DNA of 58,669 nt, the filler included, from Squatina squatina (Eukaryota), in NCBI GenBank assembly GCA_031763465.1. It is 4 parts of 4 records of this genome, joined end to end, with 100 filler letters (N's around TTAATTAATTAA, not from the genome) between each part and the next. Parts side by side here need not be neighbours in the genome. Positions count along the whole stretch, not along the records: positions 44,137 to 58,669 come from JARFOE010000100.1; 3 more parts are not named here. The stretch is one strand, 5' to 3'. Positions 50,537 to 58,669 of this stretch are shown piece by piece; within the stretch, counting starts at the first letter, position 1; each line of letters begins with the position of its first letter. The position numbers and the translations under genes were made by a program. Under the pieces are notes generated by a model. The model saw nothing but the letters and a program-made list of their open reading frames with translations, searched no databases and was not told the origin of the DNA.

Positions 50537-51314
50537 GTGAGTTATTTTATTTTAAGTGTGCTACCAACCATATTAATTTAACGGCAATCAGAACATCCAG
50601 GCTCACACATGAAGAATAGTCATTTAAAAGAAAAAGGTGCGTCTGGTAATTCAAACCTGAGGAGGTCATGCGATATCACCAGCAAACAAAAGGTAAAAAG
50701 AATTCTTCAAATTTTACAGAAACTACCCAAGGTTCAGAAAGCAATCACCCACAACCAGAGGCAGAGGCATTCAACATTTAAAACTAGCACCCACTGAATC
50801 AGCACCCAGCTCATACTTCATTTATCCTGGTACCTCGTGCTGTAATCAGCGTAGACACACGTGGGCCCCGTTAACACTCACCACTTGAATTTGTTTTAAA
50901 CTGTGTATGCTCATGTTGCGCTGCTTCGCGTGTGCTCACACAAACAAACGCAGCCAGGATGGGGCTAGGAGAAGGAGAAGAGCAGAGTGCAGGGGGGACT
51001 TGGGTCATCAGACTGGAAGTTAACACCAGCAGGTGTCCCCCACAGATTGCAAATTGAGAAATACTGGGATTGATCCGAAACAGCTCTGAGCCACACTCGT
51101 ACTCCACCAGAGTGACCGATACTCACTCGAGTTGGAAGAAGCTTGAAAATAGTAACCTGGGTACGTCACAGGACAACAGGGACAAATCTCACTTCCGTTT
51201 GCCATGGCCAAAAGGGTCAGCAATTGGAGAGCTCGCATGGATGGCTCGGATAAAATGAAAATGTCACACTGATGGAATAAATGATTGTTCGTATGAGGCT
51301 GGGGGAGTCCATCG

Positions 51315-51570
51315 GTACAGGAGGAGACCATTGAGCCCCTCAAGCCTGCTATGTCATCCAATGAGATCATAGCTGATCTGTACCTCAACTCCATTCACCC
51401 TTTTGATCCACATCCCTTGATATCCTGAATCAACAAAAATCAATCAATCTCAGTGTTGACAGCAATAATTGTTCCCCCAACATCCACAGCCTTTTTGGGG
51501 GAAGGGAATTCCAGATTTCCACCACCTCATGTGTGGAAAAATTGCTTCCTAATTTCTCTCCTAAATTGCC
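51315..51570 (-). mobile_element. CR1 3' fragment
   Basis: Same reverse-complement CR1 tail as 5295-5640. Confidence 0.8.
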
Positions 51571-51848
51571 TNNNNNNNNNNNNNNNNNNNNNNNNNNNNN
51601 NNNNNNNNNNNNNNNNNNNNNNNNNNNNNNNNNNNNNNNNNNNNNNNNNNNNNNNNNNNNNNNNNNNNNNNCCCTGCCATATTAGTTTAAACCCTCCCCA
51701 ACAGCACTAGCAAACACTCCCCCAGGACATTGGTTCCAGTCCTGCCCATTGGCTCATTTAAAATAAATTGTTATGGTTAAAGTTGAATAAGTGCTTAAAC
51801 TAGCATTTCATCACATCTCACTAATCTTTTATTCTATTTATGAGACAG

Positions 51849-51986
51849 ATTTACCCAGATGAAGGTCATTTCATTACAACTGAGAAAAGCAAGCGTCATA
51901 TGTACAGTGCGATCCTCAACTTTTTCAGAGAGTGCCTCAAGCAAGAAATGCCGATATTACAGAATGAACCAGAGGAGGATGAATAG
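51849..51986 (+). CDS. DPP10: DPP10 last coding exon
   Basis: gacag|IYPDEGHFITTEKSKRHMYSAILNFFRECLKQEMPILQNEPEEDE*. Confidence 0.93.
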   Translation: MYPDEGHFITTEKSKRHMYSAILNFFRECLKQEMPILQNEPEEDE

Positions 51987-54809
51987 AATCAAGAACTGTT
52001 TTAAAAAAAAAAGGAAGAAAATGAAAGAAAACTCAAAATACCTTGATAAACACAAAGCTAATAGTCTGGAACTCTCAGAACCCAGCATTAAATACCACTG
52101 TTAGTGGAAGTGCAGAAGTCCCAGGGCAGCTACAAGAAATCTACAGGAACAGCACATTAGAGATTACAAATCTGGTGACTGGCAAAAAGGACTTGAAATT
52201 CATGTGCCAGATCCAAGATTATTTTCAAAGGAACAGTAAAACTGTTTTGGAAGTACCTTGACCTGTTAGTACACTTTAAAAAAAAAACAGAATTCTAATT
52301 GTGCATATGTCACCTACACCTTTATGCATGTGTGTTTTATTTGGCTTCACTGATGTATATGTTAATACTTGTTGAGATATGAACAAACATTCAAAGTGCA
52401 CACGTTTATTTTCTTTTTAATTTTGTATTGTCACTTGCACAAAAATGATGGCAAAATTATGATTTGCATCCTTTATGTCAGACATTGTGATTTGCATATT
52501 TAAAATCATCTAACTCCCCTCGCCAACATTATATTACATTAACTAAATAAACAGAATTTTTACAATTCTCTTCAAAGGTAGAATGTGTTTGCAAAAACAT
52601 CTGTGGTATTGTCTATCACAACTTATCATGTATTAGCTTAGCTCCCCCGCATCATGAGAGAATCTTGCTTTTTCAATATGTACATTTTAATTTNNNNNNN
52701 NNNNNNNNNNNNNNNNNNNNNNNNNNNNNNNNNNNNNNNNNNNNNNNNNNNNNNNNNNNNNNNNNNNNNNNNNNNNNNNNNNNNNNNNNNNNNNNNNNNN
52801 NNNNNNNNNNNNNNNNNNNNNNNNNNNNNNNNNNNNNNNNNNNNNNNNNNNNNNNNNNNNNNNNNNNNNNNNNNNNNNNNNNNNNNNAAAAAAACAACAA
52901 TAAATCATTATACTTTAATGGCCTCCTTCAATTCGATTTCCCCAAATGGAAAAGTATTCAGATACAAGACATTTCAATGACTCATTGTTAAAATCGCTTT
53001 TAGATTCCATAATTGATGCATCTTCCAGCATTCATTGCTCAGGCTACAATTAAGTCCACACTCATGAAACTGCACACAATGTACTGAACTGGGAAGCAGC
53101 AGCATCATTGGAATGTATATACCAAAAACTGCACAATTGCCATTATGACGATAAACTTCGGCCCTGCCAGAGTGCCCTGGTTGATATGAAGCTGGATGGA
53201 AATAATTCCTGAGGAATCTTTCTTACAATATATTCCAGTCCTGCAAAGTAATTATAATTTTTCGAGCCACAAACCCACAAGTTAGCAAGTGAACTTACCC
53301 ACTGACAATCTATGATAAAGAAAATTCATCCGTAATGAATTGTTGCATTCAATCTCCTAAACAGTTGCAAGTATGCCATCATGTGGCCAAAAGCTGAGAG
53401 ACTTAAATCTTGCAGAACATTCAAACCTTTAATGGACAAGCAACAAGACTTCCCATTCTAATGAGAAAGCCTGTTCTTTACATCTTTCCTAATGCCAGTT
53501 TTACATTTGTAAATATGTAGAATATAAATGGTTTGTACAAAAGCTTTTAAGAAAAGGTATTTTATTTTCTGTTATTGCCAAATCAAATATAGTAGATGGA
53601 AAGAGAAAATGAATTGCTAATGTTATAATATTCCCCTTCCTTCACCCTTCCCATCCAGTCTTTAATTGAGATTCTAAAGCTTATAGAGAGCATACACTTT
53701 GAAGGCTGAGATTTTTAGACTACTGAGTTACCTGGTATAATATTTTGGAGGAACAAAGACTTAAATAGGTTACATTGCTCATTATTATTGAGTAATACAA
53801 AAATAAAATACTACCATGACTTGATGTGTATTCTGTTGATACTGTGGCTTTGTTATTTAAAATTTTGGACACTGCTTTATTTGTAGTTATATTAAGGCAT
53901 TTATAGTACAGATGGTTGAATGGTAAGAGATACTTGTAGGAAGATGCATGAATGAAAATAATAAAGTAGCAAATACAGCTGTCTTTCTCTTGGATTGTTA
54001 AGAGAAGGTTCCTAACAGAGATGGTATTCTACCACTCTTCCATTCACCAGAGCCTCGATGCAACTCATTTTATAACATGAACATGCTGTCATTCACCAAC
54101 AATGTGGCACAGAAAACATAGATATAACCAGGCTGATGTTTGCACTTAAATTAACATTATAATCAAGAATATGCTGTAAGCGCTCTCTGGTACCAGTTCA
54201 CTTTGCAAAAAAAATAGTTCTATTTAATCTTAAATAGAAAATGATCATTTCAAACAAAAAACTATCCATGTAAAAGCAGAGTGGATGAACTATACAGTCA
54301 ACCTATTAATTTAACGTCTCTTTGCTTGAAAAGATTCAAATTATCCAGTAAATCAAATTTGGTCAAAACTGTACAAGAGCGCAGTCCCAATTGAAATGAA
54401 CAATTTGAGTTAAATGACCAAGTTAAGAGTAGACTGGATGGTAGCTGCGGAGTGTATGTCAAATGTGACTAAGCAATAGGGGTGGAGGGGGAAACACAGC
54501 ATGAGTTTCTGGGTAGAGATGTGGATTTTGCACCCACCTGTAGTGTCCCCCAATCCCACTTGTGTCCCCTCCTCTCCTAAAGATATTAGTTCAATGCTAG
54601 ATTGTGGGTCTACAGGTGCTGGCAGTTTGCTGATACCTGGTCCAGGTGATGTCAGCCGTGGCTCAGTGGTAGCGTGCACTCACCTGCAGAGTTGGAGANN
54701 NNNNNNNNNNNNNNNNNNNNNNNNNNNNNNNNNNNNNNNNNNNNNNNNNNNNNNNNNNNNNNNNNNNNNNNNNNNNNNNNNNNNNNNNNNNNNNNNNNTC
54801 ACTGCCAAC

Positions 54810-55025
54810 AACTTTATCTAGAGAGTGGTCAGAATGTGGGGTAGAGTAGTTTAGGTGAATAGCATAAATGCATTCAAGGGCAAGCTAGATGAGTGCAAGA
54901 GGGAGAAAGGGATAGAAGGATGTGCTGATGGGGTTAGGTGAAAATGGGTAGTGAAGAGGCTCATATAAACACTGGATGGACCAATTGGGCCGAATGGCCT
55001 GTTTCTGTGCTGTAAATATGTTGTA
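54810..55025 (+). mobile_element. CR1 3' end fragment
   Basis: GAGAGTGGTCAGAATGTGG...GCATTCAAGGGCAAGCTAGAT...GGGCCGAATGGCCTGTTTCTGTGCTGTA. Confidence 0.82.
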
Positions 55026-55182
55026 ACAATATTTCTGCATTTTTAATGTGAGTTGGGGTGATTATGCTTTGTGAAATTTTTTTTAACAAACTGTGATTCT
55101 ATGTGCCACTGATGTCTATGTGATGAGTAGCTGGCTCTTCAGGTGATACCTTTTTAGCTAATTTCATATTTTTTTTGTTCAG

Positions 55183-55318
55183 GAGCGTTTGAAGACACTG
55201 CTTTTTCTTCCTTGGCTGACCTGATTAGTGAGAATACTTTAAAGGCCATTGCTGACATGAACTTTACTCATATGACACAAATTCAACAGAAAAGTATCCG
55301 ACCTTTGCTGGAGGGCAG
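55183..55318 (+). CDS. DDX18: DEAD-box helicase 18, Q-motif exon
   Basis: gttcag|(G)AFEDTAFSSLADLISENTLKAIADMNFTHMTQIQQKSIRPLLEG(R)|gtaagt. Confidence 0.94.
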
Positions 55319-55544
55319 GTAAGTTGTATCGATCATATATTTAGTACATGCTCAACATTATTTGGTGCTGATTTTAAAAAGTGCCCCTTCTTTATGCCTT
55401 ATTCTCCTATCACTGTTTTGTCATCTTGGTGGGCAAGTTAGACTACATCACTCGGATAAAACATCAGAGGTAGCATAGGATGGACCTCTCTTTTGAGCTT
55501 ACCTCCTCCAGAGAAAATGGAGGTATAGAAACTGTTGCGCTTAC

Positions 55545-56226
55545 AGCATTATGTTTGAGGCCCCCAAGGATCTATCCGTAGCACTCTCCCCTTGCTCGTC
55601 TGCTGCCCTTTGNNNNNNNNNNGTACGCTGATGACGCCAGCTCTACCTCTCCACCACACTTGACTCCTCCGCTGCCTCTTTGCTGTCAGGCTGTATGCCC
55701 AGCATCCAGACTTTGAGCTGAAGTTTCCTACATCTAAACATCTGGGAAGACGGAAGCCATCATCTTTGCTTCTAGCTTCATTCTCAGTACCGTAGCCAAC
55801 AGTTGTATTCTCTTCCCTGGCCGCTATCTCAGATTGTTTGCACCTCGGTAGCCTATTTGACCCTTAGCGGAGCTTCCAACCCCACATCCTCACCATCGCA
55901 AAGACGGCCTACTTCCACTTCTATAACATTGTCCGTCCCTGCCCCTGCTTCAATGCCTCTACTACTGAAACCTTCATCCATGTTTTTGTCATGGCAGACT
56001 TGCCTGTTCCAATGTTCTCCTGGCCTACCTCCTATCCATCACTGTCTCTAAACTTCAGCTATCAAAACTCTGCTGCCCATACCCTATCCACAAGACTCGC
56101 TCACTCATCTCTCCTGTATTCACTGATCTGCATTTGCTTCCAGTCTCCTAGCGCCTCAAATTTAAAATTCTCATTCTTGAATTTAAGTCCTTCCATGGAC
56201 TCGCTCTTCCTTATCTCTGTGAATTC
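55545..56226 (+). mobile_element. Degenerate L2-clade LINE ORF2 fragment
   Basis: CCCCAAGGATCTATC (PQGSI), TACGCTGATGAC (YADD), and downstream GAAACCTTCATCCATG and CAAAACTCTGCTGCCC motifs (ETLIHA, QNSAAR-like). Confidence 0.8.
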
Positions 56227-56759
56227 NNNNNNNNNNNNNNNNNNNNNNNNNNNNNNNNNNNNNNNNNNNNNNNNNNNNNNNNNNNNNNNNNNNNNNNNNN
56301 NNNNNNNNNNNNNNNNNNNNNNNNNAGGTTGGCGCCTCCAACAATGCCATTCTCCAATGGGCAACATTGGGCAGGTATAATGCAGAAGCACTCATTGGCA
56401 TGCATGACCTTGTTTAATGAAATAAAATCCAATGGTAACTGTTCCAATGCTGAATTGTGCATCTTCTTGCAAGACTCTGCCTCCAGCGTGAACCTTTCCC
56501 AATAAAAGAGGATCGAATGGAAGTTATGGGAGCTCCCTTCATAAAACAGGCTTCTATTTGGGAAATACCATCATGTACACCGATGGCCTTTATCTAGGTG
56601 ACCTTTAGAGGTCTTTGAAATTATGGAAGGTTTTGGTTTCTTGATTACATACCTTGGAAACTCACTCCTGCAGCCAATAATCATGTTAATTTAATACCAT
56701 TATCACAACAGTACATTTGCAGAGTAAAATTAAATCCTCTTTTCTCTATTGTTTTTTAG

Positions 56760-56860
56760 GGATATTCTGGCTGCTGCTAAGACAGGCAGTGGGAAAACAT
56801 TGGCATTCCTCATTCCTGCCATTGAACTGATCTACAAACTTAAGTTCATGCCCAGAAATG
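56760..56860 (+). CDS. DDX18: DDX18 Walker A (motif I) exon
   Basis: ttttag|[34 protein letters not shown](G)|gtaaaa. Confidence 0.95.
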
Positions 56861-57381
56861 GTAAAAAAAAAATGGCTCAAGCTGTAACTACTTTCATTGA
56901 TCGAAGTTAGATGCATGCTCATCCACTATTGGGCACATTAGTTCATTATAATTTATTAAAAGATTTTAATTATTCAAATAGAACTTGTTTAATTCTGTGT
57001 GTTTGGAACAATATGCTTATACATTCTAGATAAGACCAATAATTTTAAAACTCATTGCATCAGTGGCTAAAATTATTTGTGAAAGAAGAATTTCTAAGAT
57101 ATGAGTATAGAGTAATTGTGTTTCTGGTTAACCTTATTTTCAAGCCTTACAAATGTATTCTCTTGGAAAAATCCATTAAAATGTGTAATGCTACAGAAAG
57201 TATCCTCATTTACCCTGTTTTTGAAATGATTTCTGCTTCCTCTTCCCTCCACCCCTCAAAATATCTTAATTCTTCGCGAATAAAGTCATCCTAATTTTGA
57301 AGCAGAAATAGATAAGAGATATTGTTCGTAAAGCTAAGCTGAGGTTTTGGTCTGTAATTGAAAATAAACTTGTTTCCTCAG

Positions 57382-57512
57382 GGACGGGTGTCCTTGTTCT
57401 TTCACCAACTCGAGAATTAGCCATGCAAACATACGGTGTTCTGAAAGAACTAATGGCACACCATGTTCACACTTATGGTTTGCTCATGGGAGGCAGCAAC
57501 AGAACTGCAGAA
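57382..57512 (+). CDS. DDX18: DDX18 motif Ia exon, truncated in this assembly
   Basis: cctcag|(G)[43 protein letters not shown]. Homology then stops, and a TAG follows at 57540-57542. Confidence 0.9.
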
Positions 57513-57669
57513 ACAACAGAGTCAGTTGCTGCCACTGGCTAGCTTCGTTCCGCAGTGGCGGTGGGCTAAGTACACAACCTGCCCATTTCAGATTGGCAGC
57601 CTGTGGCGAGGAATCAAAGTCACAATTCCATGACTGTCAGAGAACTGGAGATGTCAGAATGTAATCCAT

Positions 57670-57850
57670 ACAGGCAAAGGCTTCGCTCGGCCTCCTTGGA
57701 TGCTGCTGGGACTGTGAGGAGTAGGAGAGAGATATTCTTCCCTAAAACAGGAGGAAGAAGCTTGGAGCTGAGACAAAGGAGGCATGATTGGATGTTGCGG
57801 AGGCAGTCATCAACAGGAGCATGGCATTCAGTGCAGGTCAGGAAAGGCAA
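57670..57850 (+). mobile_element. Harbinger-type Myb/SANT ORF remnant
   Basis: Frameshifted pieces ASLDA..TVRSRREIFFPKTGGR / TKEA*LDVAEAVINRS / IQCR resemble the trihelix Myb/SANT protein of Harbinger transposons. Confidence 0.6.
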
Positions 57851-58669
57851 GTNNNNNNNNNNCATGTTTAAACACCATGATAGAGTCAACATTCAGCAAT
57901 TATTCAGGAGGTAGATTTGAAAATTAAAAGGATCTCTGCCTTCTCCCATGATGTATTCATGAATGATTTAATCTCATTGCACCAAAAAAACAAATGGCGA
58001 GAATACCATGCGGGTACAGGTAGACAAAAGAGAATGAATATTTCAGTGTTAAATTTAATATTCTATTCCCTCTTTTAGATCTCCTTACACAAAAATACAT
58101 TGTTATGGCAGAATATATGATATTTTCTCAGTCCTCTTAATTCTTGCTTTCCAATCTTCCCTCCCAACCTATGAGAACTAGCTGGCCTCACTGCACACCC
58201 TGTAACAGAATTGAAATGAAGATGGAACACATTTAGGACACACTGTAAGAGTACAGCAATGAGCTGCGCCAATTACCGTAACCTTCAATTTTACTTGCTG
58301 ATATGCATACAAAATTACTGTCCGCTGATCTTATAACAAGTTTCTGATTCCAATAGGTTCATACTCTTCAAACATCACAGCCAAACGTCTCGAGAAAGAC
58401 CAGAATTCTACAATTACTTCAATTGGTTATTGCTAATGTGTGGTAACAATACAAAAAGAAATGCAACAGCATTGGCACAAGTTGATTCAGAAAGGTACCA
58501 AGGAGTAATAGAGCACCGCTAGACCAGCAGTTGGCAAAGATTTCTGCATCCAAGACACACTGGCGATGCTGACACACTCCGATGACTCCATGCAAATATT
58601 AACAACTCTGGACACTCAGTAAATACCGATACACTCCTGCGAGCAGCTTTCATAAGACAGTGTCAGCTA

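Overview
Vertebrate genomic DNA, almost certainly from a cartilaginous fish: it is dense in shark-type CR1/L2 LINE fragments, Deu-domain SINE, Penelope-type termini and Harbinger-like MITEs. The assembly is very fragmented, with many 100-N and 10-N gaps. Three artificial 100-bp linkers (44 N + TTAATTAATTAA + 44 N) split the window into four unrelated blocks. Block 1 (1-13444): NCEH1 last exon (+), four CCDC150 exons (-) and a V2R/OlfC class C GPCR gene (-). Block 2 (13545-27280): two YPEL1 exons, two CpG-island promoters and the last coding exon of MAPK1/ERK2 (all -). Block 3 (27381-44036): two FBXO25 exons (+) and a decayed TRIM-NHL-like gene (-). Block 4 (44137-58669): four DPP10 exons and three DDX18 exons (+). 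No gene is complete. I found no convincing wholly new multi-gene system. The best leads are an ACG-initiated Cys-rich N-terminal extension of YPEL1, minimal hammerhead ribozyme motifs in three Penelope-type repeats, a DDX18 exon broken mid-exon by Harbinger-like sequence, a TRIM-NHL pseudogene, duplicated intron sequence in the V2R gene and a GC-AG intron in FBXO25. Gene identities come from my manual translation and recall of vertebrate orthologs, not from database searches.
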